Shown: positions 51,289-61,402, counted from the stretch's first letter. The stretch: 64,000 bases of DNA from Candidatus Multivoradales bacterium (GCA_965223325.1 CBDCWI010000002.1:1568001-1632000); one strand, 5' to 3'. Notes: generated by a model from the letters alone, not told the origin. Translations and numbers: made by a program.

Positions 51289-51903
51289 TCATTCGACGAC
51301 TCCTGCGGCCTCGAGGCCACACGTCAATTCTCGCAGGGGCGCCCGCAGGGCCTGCCAGGCCGCTCGGTTGACCACCAGCGTCGGCGCCACCTCAGCCAGG
51401 ACCGTGACCTCGAAGAGTCCGTGCTCGCGGATGGTACGCCCGGTCTGGACGATGTCGCAGGCGATGTCGGCCAGGTCGAGCAGCGGTCCGAGCTCGACCG
51501 ATCCATAGAGCTTGAAGATCTCGGGGCCAAAACCGCGCGCCACCAGCAGCCGGCGACTCCACTCTGGATACTTGGTCGCAACGCGCAACTCGGCGCCCCG
51601 CTCAGGTTCGATGTCGTCCTTCCTGATGATCGAGAAGCGACTGCGGCCCGCCAGGAGGCGCAGGGGTTCGAGCACGTCGGCTCCGACCTCGGCGAGAACA
51701 TCGCTACCGACCACTCCGCAATCGGCAATGCCGTACTCGACGTAAAGCGGCACGTCCCAGTCCTTGAGCAGCAACACTTCGACGCCGCTCCCGAGTCGCT
51801 GCGAAAGACGCTCGGAATCGAGGCCCGCGAGCTCGAGGCCGGCCTCTTCGAAAGCCTGGACCGTCGGGGTGAGGTTGCGACCCTTGGGAAGTGCGATGCG
51901 CAT
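51289..51903 (-). CDS. hisG: ATP phosphoribosyltransferase, short form
   Basis: IALPKGR, DVPLYVEYG, VATKYP, GSVELGP, DIVQTGRT; no ACT domain. Confidence 0.95.
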   Translation of the reverse strand: MRIALPKGRNLTPTVQAFEEAGLELAGLDSERLSQRLGSGVEVLLLKDWDVPLYVEYGIADCGVVGSDVLAEVGADVLEPLRLLAGRSRFSIIRKDDIEPERGAELRVATKYPEWSRRLLVARGFGPEIFKLYGSVELGPLLDLADIACDIVQTGRTIREHGLFEVTVLAEVAPTLVVNRAAWQALRAPLRELTCGLEAAGVVE

Positions 51904-52904
51904 CAGCGCCGCCGTCCGGAGGCCAGCAGTCGATCGACACCGAGTGAAAACCCGATCGCCGGCGTGACACCGCTCTCCATCGGGGCAAGACTCGAGAACA
52001 AAGAGTCGTAGCGACCCCCCTGGCCAAACGGTACGGCAGAGTCGCCGGGGTAGGCGCGAAAGACGATGCCGTCATAGTAGGTGTAGCGCCGGTCGACGAT
52101 TCCGAGTGCGGAGTCGAGAGTGTTGGAGGCGTACTCTGCCAGGTCAACACTGAGACGCAGGCCGCCGCCAGAGAAATCTTCTCCCAACCGGTGCGCCAAG
52201 CCGATGAGCCGCTCGACCCTCGGCGCGCTGTCACCCAGGGCTTCGAGATCGTTGGGCGCCCCCTGTTCGAGGACTTCGAGAAGTACCGGGTGAGCGCGCT
52301 TCACCGCCGCCCGATCACGACGCGCCAGGGCGCCTGCGAGATCAGCCGAAGAGCTCCCAGAAGGCGGCACCGCAAGCAACCCGTCGAGCGCCCCCGCCAC
52401 CCCGAGGACCACCTGGGCCCCATCGCCGCTGGCGACGAGCAGTTCCAGAAAGAGCCGCAGCATGCGCTCGTCATCACTCGCCTCCCCCTCCGGGCCCTGA
52501 GGACTCTCGCGACCCACGAGCTCGGCACCGACTTCGTAGTACTCCCTGAGTCGCCCGGGACGCGGAAGCTCGTGCCGGATGACGTCGCCTCGGTAGAACA
52601 CCTCGATCGGCAGCTCGAAGTTGCACAGCCGCGGCGCGAGCAGTCGGGCGATCATGGCGGTGAAGTCGGAACGCAGGCCGAGCAACTGACCGTCTCGATC
52701 GACGAACCGATACGACGCCTGGCGAACGCGGTCGGCCAGCAGATCCTTGTAGGGCTCCCAGTAGTCGAGCACCGGGAGCAGGATCTCGCCAAAACCAGCC
52801 GCCTCGAGGCGCCCCACCAGACGTTGCTCGAGCGCGCGGCGACGTGCGGCCTCCTCGAACAGGAGCGCCGTCACGCCAGCGGGAAGATCGGTGCGGATTC
52901 TCAT
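51903..52904 (-). CDS. hisZ: ATP phosphoribosyltransferase regulatory subunit
   Basis: HisRS-like LRSDFT, REYYEVGAEL, YYDGIVF, GGRYD, AIGFSLG. Confidence 0.9.
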   Translation of the reverse strand: MRIRTDLPAGVTALLFEEAARRRALEQRLVGRLEAAGFGEILLPVLDYWEPYKDLLADRVRQASYRFVDRDGQLLGLRSDFTAMIARLLAPRLCNFELPIEVFYRGDVIRHELPRPGRLREYYEVGAELVGRESPQGPEGEASDDERMLRLFLELLVASGDGAQVVLGVAGALDGLLAVPPSGSSSADLAGALARRDRAAVKRAHPVLLEVLEQGAPNDLEALGDSAPRVERLIGLAHRLGEDFSGGGLRLSVDLAEYASNTLDSALGIVDRRYTYYDGIVFRAYPGDSAVPFGQGGRYDSLFSSLAPMESGVTPAIGFSLGVDRLLASGRRR

Positions 52905-54481
52905 TGCAGAGCGGCTCCCGGGCGCTTGGCTACGCCGGCGACCGTCTTGCCAGCCAGGAGCTCGGCGGCTATTTCCATCGGCAGGGCTTCACCGGTCATC
53001 AGGCGGAACTGGGTGGCTGCCTGATGGAGTAGCACGTCGCGCCCCGTGATCACCGGACCGAAGGCGCGCGCCTGTTCTTCGAGCGCCGTCGGTTCCTTGC
53101 CGTAGACCATCTCGACCACCGCCGTACCCTCTTTCTGTTGGTTCACCCGCCAGGGTGTCTCGGCGGAGCCGCCGCTTCCAACCGACGTCGCGTTGACCAG
53201 GATCTCGAAACGCGACGGGTCGAAGTCCGCAAGCGCGATGAATGGCACGCCAAGAAGCGTCGCCAACTGCTCGCCTCGCTCCTGGCTGCGGTTCACCACC
53301 ACCAGCTCGGCACCCTGAGCGGCGAGACCAGCCGCGGCGGCACGTCCGGCGCCGCCGCACCCGACGACCGCTGCTCGCCGACCGGCAGGCACAACGCCAG
53401 CGGCGGCCAATCCCCCAAGCACCCCCTCGGGATCGGTTGATTCGGCCTCCCACACCCGCCCGCGGCGATCACAGCCGCTGCGCACGAGGGTATTGGCTGA
53501 ATCGATTCTCTGCGCCAGTGGGCTGGACGCTCCAGCGATCGCGAGAGCCGCTCTCTTGTGCGGCGCGGTGACCGATAGCCCACGCAAGATGGAGGCCTCT
53601 TCGGCACCGCTCCAGAAGTCGCTCTCGACCACCTCGAGCCAGAAGTGGCCGAACTCGGCGGCTTCGAACGGCAGGTAGAGACCAGGCAGCCCGAGCGCCC
53701 GATAGGCACCGTTGTGGAGCCGCGGCGACAGCGAGTGACTGACCGGCGAGCCTACGATGCCGCAAGCCCAGTCGAACTTGGGCAGGTACGGGAAGCCGAA
53801 GTCTGAAACCAGCGCCGAAAGCGCCAGTTGGCCAGGAGCTGCCGGCTGATCTCCGAACGCTGCGAACATCACCGGTGCACCCAGGGTGGGTGCCACGACG
53901 CGAGTCCAGCTCGCGACTGCGCCGGTGGCAAAGGCCAGCACGTCTTGGCGACCGAGTTTTCTGAGCAGCTCGAGGGCCGGCAACTCATGGCCGCTGCGCG
54001 TGGCGCTGGGAATCAGCTTGTAGAGCGCCGCCGGCACCGAGTCCATGGCGCGGAGGCGCTCGTTGAGACCCTCGGCCGTGTCATGTGTACCAGGCGCCGC
54101 ATGCCACGACAGCACCCGGCGCTCGGCCGGAACGGCCGCCAGGACATCGGCGCTCAGATCGCGCTCGGCCTCGAGGTCGACGGCATCGAACTGATCGGCG
54201 GCCTGTTTGAGAAAGAGCGCACGCTCCTCCGCTGAGCGTTCGCAGGCACCACCCTCGGCGCGCGATCGCAGGGTGAAGAGAAGCGGCGACCCGGTGCGCG
54301 CACGCAGCCACTCGACATCGACAGACCCGAGGAGGTCAGCGCGCACCTCGATCCATGGCACGACGCCCGCCGCACCAAACTCGGGCATCTCGAGAGCGGC
54401 AGGCAACGCCTCTTCCAGTGCCGTCAGGCTGGCGATCACCGAGATTCGCCCTTCCGGGTGCGTTTTGTCGTTCAGAATCAA
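52901..54481 (-). CDS. aroDE: Bifunctional type I 3-dehydroquinate dehydratase / shikimate dehydrogenase (AroDE)
   Basis: IEVRAD, FTLRSRAEGG, LSWH, AAPGQ; then GSPVSHSLSPRLHN, SVTAPHK, GCGGAGRA, VNATSVG; TTG start with GGAGG 5 nt upstream. Confidence 0.9.
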   Translation of the reverse strand: MILNDKTHPEGRISVIASLTALEEALPAALEMPEFGAAGVVPWIEVRADLLGSVDVEWLRARTGSPLLFTLRSRAEGGACERSAEERALFLKQAADQFDAVDLEAERDLSADVLAAVPAERRVLSWHAAPGTHDTAEGLNERLRAMDSVPAALYKLIPSATRSGHELPALELLRKLGRQDVLAFATGAVASWTRVVAPTLGAPVMFAAFGDQPAAPGQLALSALVSDFGFPYLPKFDWACGIVGSPVSHSLSPRLHNGAYRALGLPGLYLPFEAAEFGHFWLEVVESDFWSGAEEASILRGLSVTAPHKRAALAIAGASSPLAQRIDSANTLVRSGCDRRGRVWEAESTDPEGVLGGLAAAGVVPAGRRAAVVGCGGAGRAAAAGLAAQGAELVVVNRSQERGEQLATLLGVPFIALADFDPSRFEILVNATSVGSGGSAETPWRVNQQKEGTAVVEMVYGKEPTALEEQARAFGPVITGRDVLLHQAATQFRLMTGEALPMEIAAELLAGKTVAGVAKRPGAALQ

Positions 54482-54513
54482 GAAAGCCTCCGTCCGGTCA
54501 GGGAGGAGGCTCT
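54473..54513 (-). terminator. Attenuator hairpin (terminator-like, sequesters the aroDE RBS)
   Basis: Minus strand AGAGCCTCC-TCC-CTGACC-GGA-C-GGAGGCTTT followed by CTTGATTCT. Confidence 0.75.
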
Positions 54514-54571
54514 ACCGCCGTTGGCTGAACGCTCGACCCGGACCGCGAGTGGACCGGGACGAAGCCCAGTC

Positions 54572-54676
54572 TCACCCTTCAGTATGCACGTGCCACCAAC
54601 CCGAATAGAGCGCCGAGCGCTCGCCGGAGGGCGCGATCCCAAAGGTACGAACTTCGCTAAAGGTGGTTGTAGTCAT
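54572..54676 (-). CDS. Leader peptide MTTTTFSEVRTFGIAPSGERSALYSGWWHVHTEG (34 aa)
   Basis: ATG..TGA ORF with TGG TGG CAC GTG CAT cluster, between a promoter and a terminator hairpin upstream of the his/trp operon. Confidence 0.8.
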   Translation of the reverse strand: MTTTTFSEVRTFGIAPSGERSALYSGWWHVHTEG

Positions 54677-54714
54677 CGTCAGGGTCCCGCGCTCTTTCTG
54701 GCTTCGGGGCAGTG

Positions 54715-54743
54715 ATTACAGCAATCCGGCCAAAACCTGTCAA
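54715..54743 (-). promoter_or_regulatory. Sigma70-type promoter of the aro-his-trp operon
   Basis: TTGACA-N17-TGTAAT on the minus strand. Confidence 0.65.
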
Positions 54744-54865
54744 GCGAGCCTCCTCCAACCGTCGCCGCCCAGAGTCCGACGCGGGCTCGCCCAGTCAACT
54801 GGAACGGGGTACTAGACTGCGGTCCGCCCCAGCTTTCGACCTTCCTCCAACACCCCCGCCGATCC

Positions 54866-55963
54866 ATGCTCAAGAAGCTCGTCCTCCTCGTCGCCTCCAC
54901 CCTGTTCTCGGTCGTTTTGATCGAAGTCGGGGTGCGCGGGTGGTTCTGGTCGAAAGGCATCGGCCGCACCGACGTCCGTGACATTCTCCAGCGCTCGCAG
55001 GGCGACGGCCCGGTACAGCTGGAGGGCGGCAGCGGTCTCTTCGGGATCATTCAGGCGAGCGAGCACGACGACATCGTCTACCAACTCAAACCGCACCTCG
55101 AGGGCGTCTTCAAGGGCGCGCCGGTCGAGATCAACCCCGATGGATTCCGCGGCCCCCAGGTGTCGCTCGAGAAACCCGAGGGGGTGCGGCGCATCGTCGG
55201 CATCGGTGACTCACACATGTTCGGCTGGGGTGTCGGCAACGACGAGACCTATCTCTCCGTTCTCGAGTCGCGACTCAATCGAGAAGACCCCGGAAAGCGC
55301 AAGTGGCAGGTGCTCAACTTCGCCGTCCCCGGCTACAACACCAAGATGGAGGTCGCAACCTTCGAGAAACGAGCGCTGGCCTACGACCCTGACCTGGTGA
55401 TCATTCACTTCATCGGCAATGACTTCGCTCCGCCTCACTTTCTCGACACCAAACGTTCGATCGCTCCCAGCCAGTGGTACTCGGTCGAACTGCTGCGCGG
55501 ACTGCTCTTGGAACCCGAAGAAGACACCGCGATCGCCTTTGACCCCGACACCAACGGCGGCGACACCGACCCGGGCGAGGCAGACGCTCCGCTGCCGGGA
55601 AGTCGTCAGTGGTACGAAAAAGACTTTGGCGGCCGCGAGGTTTTCGTTGCGGCCATGGACCGACTCGCTGGCTTGTCTCGCGAACACGATGTTCCGGTCA
55701 TCACTTTGATCCTCGGCAGCCACGGCCAGGTGCGTCAGTTCGTGCTCGAGACTGCGCGCGAGCGTGGCTTCTATACCCTCGACGCTGCCGAGCACTGGTG
55801 GCGTGCGATTGACGCGATGGGACTCGAACGCACCCAACAGAACTGGAAAGAGCAGCTTGGGCGAGGGGTCGAACGCCACCCCAAAGCCGCCGGACACGCC
55901 GCCTACAGTGACGCTCTTTTCGACGCCGTCGTGGAGGTCTTGCCGCCGCCGGCTGCTCCCTAG
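54866..55963 (+). CDS. SGNH/GDSL hydrolase family protein
   Basis: INPDGFRG, IGDSHMFGWG, NFAVPGYN, GND, HPKAAGH. Confidence 0.85.
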   Translation: MLKKLVLLVASTLFSVVLIEVGVRGWFWSKGIGRTDVRDILQRSQGDGPVQLEGGSGLFGIIQASEHDDIVYQLKPHLEGVFKGAPVEINPDGFRGPQVSLEKPEGVRRIVGIGDSHMFGWGVGNDETYLSVLESRLNREDPGKRKWQVLNFAVPGYNTKMEVATFEKRALAYDPDLVIIHFIGNDFAPPHFLDTKRSIAPSQWYSVELLRGLLLEPEEDTAIAFDPDTNGGDTDPGEADAPLPGSRQWYEKDFGGREVFVAAMDRLAGLSREHDVPVITLILGSHGQVRQFVLETARERGFYTLDAAEHWWRAIDAMGLERTQQNWKEQLGRGVERHPKAAGHAAYSDALFDAVVEVLPPPAAP

Positions 55964-56050
55964 GAGGCGGGGACGGAACAGGGAATCGGCGGGACCGGTG
56001 GTAGCCTTGCCGCCCGTCCTTCCCAGAAAAACTACCCGAACGGTTCCTCG

Positions 56051-57802
56051 GTGAAACAACCGCTGGTGGTCGCCATCCTTGCCGCTTGTGCTCTGGCGGT
56101 GGCCTTCGGGTGCACCGACGGGGAAGATCAAGCCAGCGACTCGACCTCCGCCCCGGACGCCGAAGAGCCGGCGATCTTCGAGCCCTGGAACGCGGGGCTG
56201 GACTTTCTCCATCACACCGGCACAGAGGGCAGTCTTGCGATGCCCGGCATCATGGGCGGCGGAGCTGCGGTCTTCGACTATGACGGTGACGGACACCTCG
56301 ACCTCTACTTCGTCCAGTCCGGTGAGACCTTTCCTGGAGCTTCCGACACGACAGGTCAGCGCTCGCCCAACCGCTTGTACCGCCAGACCGCCGACGGGCA
56401 ATGGCAAGACGTCACCGAGGCCTCAGGCGCGGGAGACACCGGCTACGGCATGGGCGCCGCGGTCGCCGACATCGACAACGACGGCGACCTCGATCTCCTG
56501 GTCACCAACTTCGGTCGCGACACCCTACTGCGCAACGAGGGTGACGGTACCTTCCGTGACGTGACCGCCGAGTACGGAGTCGGTACCACGGGCTGGTCGA
56601 TGTCGGCGGTGTTCTTCGACTACGACCGCGATGGCTGGCTCGACCTCTACGTAACACGCTACGTCCGTTTCGAGACCTCCAAGATCTGTCGCCTCGAGAA
56701 TGGCCGCCCCGAGTACTGTGGCCCGACGGCTTTCCCAGGGGTCCACGACGTGCTCTACCAGAACCTCGCCGGCAGGTCTTTCCGAGACGTGACTGCCGAG
56801 GCAGGAATCGAGGCGGTTGCCGAGGCGGGGCTGGGGGTGGTGGCAGCGGACTGGAACGACGACGGTTGGGTTGATCTCTATGTCGCCAACGACGCCGACC
56901 CCAACAACCTCTGGGTCAACAACCGAAACGGAACCTTCAGCGACCAGGCCATCCTGCTGGGCGTGGCCAACAATCGCTTGGGTGCCGCCGAGGCCGGCAT
57001 GGGTGTTGCGACCGCTGACCTCGACAACAATGGCCACCTCGATCTCTTCGTCACCCACCTGATCGAGGAGTCGAACACCTTTTACGAGAACCTCGGTGGC
57101 GATGGCTTCGTCGACATGAGCGCCGCGGCCGGCCTCGCAGGACCGAGCTTCGACCTCACCGGGTTCGGTACGGCGACGCTCGACTACGACAACGACGGCG
57201 ACCTCGACCTCGCGCTGGTCAACGGCGCGGTCAAGCGGCGCGCGCGCCCGCTCGGCCCCGACTCGAGCTGGTTCCTGCGCGACTACGCCGAGCCGAACCT
57301 GCTGTTCGAGAATCGTGGTGATGGCCGCTTTGATACCCAATGTGACCCCGAGTCGACGCGACCGTTCTGTCGCCGGCACGCGGTCAGTCGCGGTCTGATT
57401 GCCGCCGACCTCGATGCGGACGGCGACCAGGATCTCATCGTCACCAACCTCGAAGGCGAGCCTGAGCTCTATCGAAACGTGGGAGCTCAGGGCAACTGGA
57501 TCGAGCTCCGCCTGGTCCTTCCCGCCCAGCGTCGAGAGGCGTTCGGGGCTCTCGTCGTGATCGAGAGCGAACACTCCTGCCAGACGATGCCGGTCGGACC
57601 TGGCAGTGGCTACCTCACCGTTGGTCCGGCGACGGTTCACGTCGGCCTGGGAGTCGAAACCGCCACCAAGCGTTTCCTGGTCCGCTGGCCGGATGGCTCC
57701 TGGGAGAGTTTCGACGGCACCCGAGCCAATCAGGCGATTGAACTCGCCCGCGCAAGCGGCCAGGCCATCACCCTGGAGAAGGGTGAACGACCATGCGCCT
57801 AG
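56051..57802 (+). CDS. CRTAC1/ASPIC-UnbV FG-GAP repeat lipoprotein
   Basis: Lipobox AFGC; repeated DYDGDGxLDL; C-terminal GSGYL..VHVGLG..VRWPDG. Confidence 0.88.
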   Translation: MKQPLVVAILAACALAVAFGCTDGEDQASDSTSAPDAEEPAIFEPWNAGLDFLHHTGTEGSLAMPGIMGGGAAVFDYDGDGHLDLYFVQSGETFPGASDTTGQRSPNRLYRQTADGQWQDVTEASGAGDTGYGMGAAVADIDNDGDLDLLVTNFGRDTLLRNEGDGTFRDVTAEYGVGTTGWSMSAVFFDYDRDGWLDLYVTRYVRFETSKICRLENGRPEYCGPTAFPGVHDVLYQNLAGRSFRDVTAEAGIEAVAEAGLGVVAADWNDDGWVDLYVANDADPNNLWVNNRNGTFSDQAILLGVANNRLGAAEAGMGVATADLDNNGHLDLFVTHLIEESNTFYENLGGDGFVDMSAAAGLAGPSFDLTGFGTATLDYDNDGDLDLALVNGAVKRRARPLGPDSSWFLRDYAEPNLLFENRGDGRFDTQCDPESTRPFCRRHAVSRGLIAADLDADGDQDLIVTNLEGEPELYRNVGAQGNWIELRLVLPAQRREAFGALVVIESEHSCQTMPVGPGSGYLTVGPATVHVGLGVETATKRFLVRWPDGSWESFDGTRANQAIELARASGQAITLEKGERPCA

Positions 57803-59181
57803 CGTTCCCTAGCGTCTGGATCGTCCTGGCAATGGCGGCGCTCCTCGCCTGCCAGCCGCAAACGCTGCCCCAACCGGTCCCCGAGCCCACCTTGGACGGC
57901 GCCGAAGAGGCGGTCCGCCGTGAGATCCATCGCAAGGTCGAAGCGGTTCGAAACCAGCCCGAAGTGGCCCGGTTGTGGGGTGAGCTCGGCATGGTGCTCG
58001 AAGTCCACGGCTACGACGACGAAGCTCAGGCGGCCTACCGAACGGCCGCCAGCCTCGATCCGACCGAGGTCCGTTGGCCCTACTACCTGGCTGCCCTTCT
58101 CGAGACCAACGTGCCGGCAGAAGCCGTGACCTGGTTCGAGTTGGCCCTCGCCCAGAGACCCGCCTATGCACCGGGCCACATCAGGCTCGCCCAGACGCGA
58201 GAACGCCTTGCCCAGCCCGAAGAAGCTGCCGCCTCCTATCGCCGCGCGATCGAACTCGAACCCCGGAGTGCCTTCGCCCATCTCGGCCTCGGCACGCTCG
58301 CTCTCGATCAGAACCAACTCGGAGAAGCCCTCGGCCACTTGCGCACCGCCTTCGATCTGGCGCCCGACTCGCGGGCGGTGATCTCGGCACTGGCGCGCTG
58401 CCACTTCCGGCGCGGTGAGACCGCCGAAGCCGCTCGGCTCGCCGAGCTCTCGAGCGAGCTTTCCCGCACGACCTATCAGCCCGATCCGCTGCGCGCCGAG
58501 CTCCAGGACACGGCCAAGGACCCGCGGACACGTCTGCGTCGTGCGGTGGCCTACAAGGACCTCGGTCAACTCGAGCGGGCACTCGAGTTCGCGCGCGGTG
58601 CGGCCAGCGAGCTCGAAGGCGATGCGCAACCGCCGTTTGTCCTCGCCGAGATCCTCGAAGCAATGGGGCGCTTCGAGGAGGCGCGCGAGGCGGCCCGGCA
58701 GGCATTTGCTCTGGCTCCGGAACGGGCCGGTCTCGCCGCCCTTCTGGCTCGTTTGAGCGTTGAGCTTCAAGACTTCGACGAGGCCGAGCAGTTCGCAAGT
58801 CGAGCCCTTGCCGATGACCCCAACGATGCCGACATGCACCTGGCGCTCGGCCGCATCGCCTGGGCCCGCGGCGCCATCGGCGAAGCCACCGAGTCGATGC
58901 GAAGGGCCGTCGCGGCAAGGCCACAGGAAGCTAGCTGGTGCCTTTCGTTGGCCGGGCTGCTGATGGAAGGCGGCGGATCGACGCGGGAGGCCCGGGAGCT
59001 GATCGAAGGCGTACTCGAAGTCGAGCCCGACCACCCCGACGCCTGGCTGCAGCTGGGTTACCTCGAACTCCGTAGCGGCGACCTGGGCGGGGCGCGCCTG
59101 GCTTTCGAACGCGTCCTCCGAAGCAGCCCGAACGAGAACCTGCGTGCCGCCGCCAGCGAGGGTCTCAGCCTGACGAAGTGA
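57793..59181 (+). CDS. TPR repeat lipoprotein
   Basis: Lipobox LLAC; multiple TPR units (AAASYRRAIELEPRSAFAHLGLG). Confidence 0.85.
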   Translation: MRLAFPSVWIVLAMAALLACQPQTLPQPVPEPTLDGAEEAVRREIHRKVEAVRNQPEVARLWGELGMVLEVHGYDDEAQAAYRTAASLDPTEVRWPYYLAALLETNVPAEAVTWFELALAQRPAYAPGHIRLAQTRERLAQPEEAAASYRRAIELEPRSAFAHLGLGTLALDQNQLGEALGHLRTAFDLAPDSRAVISALARCHFRRGETAEAARLAELSSELSRTTYQPDPLRAELQDTAKDPRTRLRRAVAYKDLGQLERALEFARGAASELEGDAQPPFVLAEILEAMGRFEEAREAARQAFALAPERAGLAALLARLSVELQDFDEAEQFASRALADDPNDADMHLALGRIAWARGAIGEATESMRRAVAARPQEASWCLSLAGLLMEGGGSTREARELIEGVLEVEPDHPDAWLQLGYLELRSGDLGGARLAFERVLRSSPNENLRAAASEGLSLTK

Positions 59182-61402
59182 GGTCGACCGGAGTCAGGGT
59201 GTCGTCGCCCTCGCGAACGGCGTACGCACGGTCCATCGTCACGTCGCCCCACACCTGTGTGGTGTCGCTGGTCGGCCAGTAGACCTCGAGCTTCAGAATC
59301 CCATCGGCCTTGCCGAGTCCGATGGTCTGGCGCAGCGGGTTGGAGCCGAAGCTCCCACCACTGTTGGTGTGCTTGAAGAACGACTGACCGCCCTTTGTGA
59401 CGACACGAATGCGGGTGCCGATCGCGGCACGATTGCTTCGCGTGCCTTCGAGGTCGAGCGTGATCCAGTGGTTGCCGAACCCCGGGTTTTCATACAGGGC
59501 GTCATTGGCCCGGTCGCCTGGGTACGCTCCGCCCATCTGCGCGAACACGTCCTGGTCGCCGTCGTGATCGAGATCGGCAAAGGCGATCGCGTGCCCCTTC
59601 TGCAGGTGCCCGAAACCACCCCCCAGGGTCACATCGTCGAACCTCGAGCCACGCTGATTGCGATACATGACATTGGGGGCGAGCGCCTCGTAGTCGGGGT
59701 AACCGGTGCCCAGGTAGATGTCCAGGAAGCCGTCGTTGTCGACATCGCCGAAGTTGGCCCCCATCGGCAACAAGAAGAGGTCCAGGCCGACCGCGGAAGC
59801 GACCTCCTCGAAGCCCCCCCTGCCATCACCACGGTAGAGGTGCTGACGCTCGAGCGGTGACTCGAGACCCATGTAGGTGGCTGCTGTGACACCGACGGCG
59901 TCGGTCTCACCCTTGTAGCTCGGCGCGTAGAGGTCGAGCGCACCATCGTTGTCGAAGTCCCAGAACCACACCGCAAAGCTGTCGATCGGACCCACCACAC
60001 CCGCACGCTCGGTCACGTCGCTGAACGTCCCGTCGCCATCGTTGTGGAACAAACGGTTGGCGCCTTGCATGGTCGAAACGTACAGATCGGGGAATCGATC
60101 GTTGTCGTAGTCGCCCCAGATCACACCTTTGACGAACCCTCGGTGATCGACCTCGGCAGCCTTCGCGACCTCGGTGAACGTTCCGTCGCCGTTGTTGTGG
60201 AACAGCTCTGAGGGACCGTCGAAGTGTTGCTCGCCGTGCTCGTTGCCGACGTAGAGGTCGACGAAACCGTCATTGTCATAGTCAGCCCAGGCAGCCGTCT
60301 GGGTTGGAAAGTGCTCTTTGCCGAGTCCAGCCTCGAAGGTCACGTCGGTGAACGTACCGTTGCCGTTGTTGCGCAGGAGGGAGTTCGGATGGCGGCCGCC
60401 ACCTGAGAGCCAGGCGCCGCGCAAGACGAAGAGGTCGAGGTGGCCGTCGTTGTCGTAGTCGGCCTGAATGATGTTGAGACCGCCGTAGAGACCCGCGAGC
60501 CCGGCGGCGTCGGTTTGATTGCTGAACCGGAGCCCGCCTTCGTTCTTCCAGAACTGCATCTGGCCCGCCGTATCGAAGGTGGTCGTGATCAAGTCGAGCC
60601 AGCCATCGCCAGTGAAGTCATCGACCACTGCGCCACCGAACAGGCTGAAGGTCGCGATCCCGAGGTCGGGTGCGCGGTTTTGAAAACGCGGCATCGAACT
60701 CTCACTGCCGAAGACTTCGGGCGGCATACGAAACGGCTCCGGCACGCCCCCGGGGTACTCGCCGAGGGTCATGTACGCGATGTTGTAGAGCCAGAGGGTC
60801 TTGAACGCCATCGGGCTGCCAGCAGGTGCCAGCGCGAGGACCTGCTCGAAGTACTCGATCGCACGCCGCGAACCCTCCTGGTCCAGATGCACGGCCTTTC
60901 CGCGCAGCGGCAAGATGCACGCCTCGGCCGAGTGACGGAGCGCACAGTTCTGGGTCTCCCCGTAGCGCATCCAGGCCAGGCCGGTGCGAAAGATCGAGCG
61001 CCCAACCTCTTCCGGGGAAAGCACCGTCGTCAACTCGGGCAGCAACGCGTAGGCAGCCTCGTAGTGCTCGATCGCTGCACGTTCCTCGCCGTGCTTGATT
61101 TCTTCGCGCGCCAGGGCGGTCAAGACCCGCCAGCGCTCGCGGGCACTGGCAGTCGATGAGAGAGCCGCCAGCGCCTGGCGAGCCTGCAGCAGGGCGCGGT
61201 CGCCCTGGAAGATGTTCTCTTCGGGCGTGCGGCGCCGGATGTCCTCGAGTTCCGCCAGCATGCGCTGGTGTCCCTCGCCGGCGACACTCGGGGCAGCGGG
61301 CGCCGGCTGCCCTGAGGGCTGCTCCGACTCGTTTCCACAACCCGCTGTCAGGAGAGCCAGCAGGAGAGGACCGACGAGCCGCCTGGCCGCAGGGGGATTG
61401 AT
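59165..61402 (-). CDS. CRTAC1/ASPIC-UnbV FG-GAP lipoprotein with helical N-terminal domain (probable ATC start)
   Basis: GETQNC..CILPL, DYDNDG repeats, GFGHLQKGH, NSGGSFG; frame open upstream to lipobox LTAGC and GGGGAGG-N6-ATC. Confidence 0.85.
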   Translation of the reverse strand: MNPPAARRLVGPLLLALLTAGCGNESEQPSGQPAPAAPSVAGEGHQRMLAELEDIRRRTPEENIFQGDRALLQARQALAALSSTASARERWRVLTALAREEIKHGEERAAIEHYEAAYALLPELTTVLSPEEVGRSIFRTGLAWMRYGETQNCALRHSAEACILPLRGKAVHLDQEGSRRAIEYFEQVLALAPAGSPMAFKTLWLYNIAYMTLGEYPGGVPEPFRMPPEVFGSESSMPRFQNRAPDLGIATFSLFGGAVVDDFTGDGWLDLITTTFDTAGQMQFWKNEGGLRFSNQTDAAGLAGLYGGLNIIQADYDNDGHLDLFVLRGAWLSGGGRHPNSLLRNNGNGTFTDVTFEAGLGKEHFPTQTAAWADYDNDGFVDLYVGNEHGEQHFDGPSELFHNNGDGTFTEVAKAAEVDHRGFVKGVIWGDYDNDRFPDLYVSTMQGANRLFHNDGDGTFSDVTERAGVVGPIDSFAVWFWDFDNDGALDLYAPSYKGETDAVGVTAATYMGLESPLERQHLYRGDGRGGFEEVASAVGLDLFLLPMGANFGDVDNDGFLDIYLGTGYPDYEALAPNVMYRNQRGSRFDDVTLGGGFGHLQKGHAIAFADLDHDGDQDVFAQMGGAYPGDRANDALYENPGFGNHWITLDLEGTRSNRAAIGTRIRVVTKGGQSFFKHTNSGGSFGSNPLRQTIGLGKADGILKLEVYWPTSDTTQVWGDVTMDRAYAVREGDDTLTPVDLTSSG

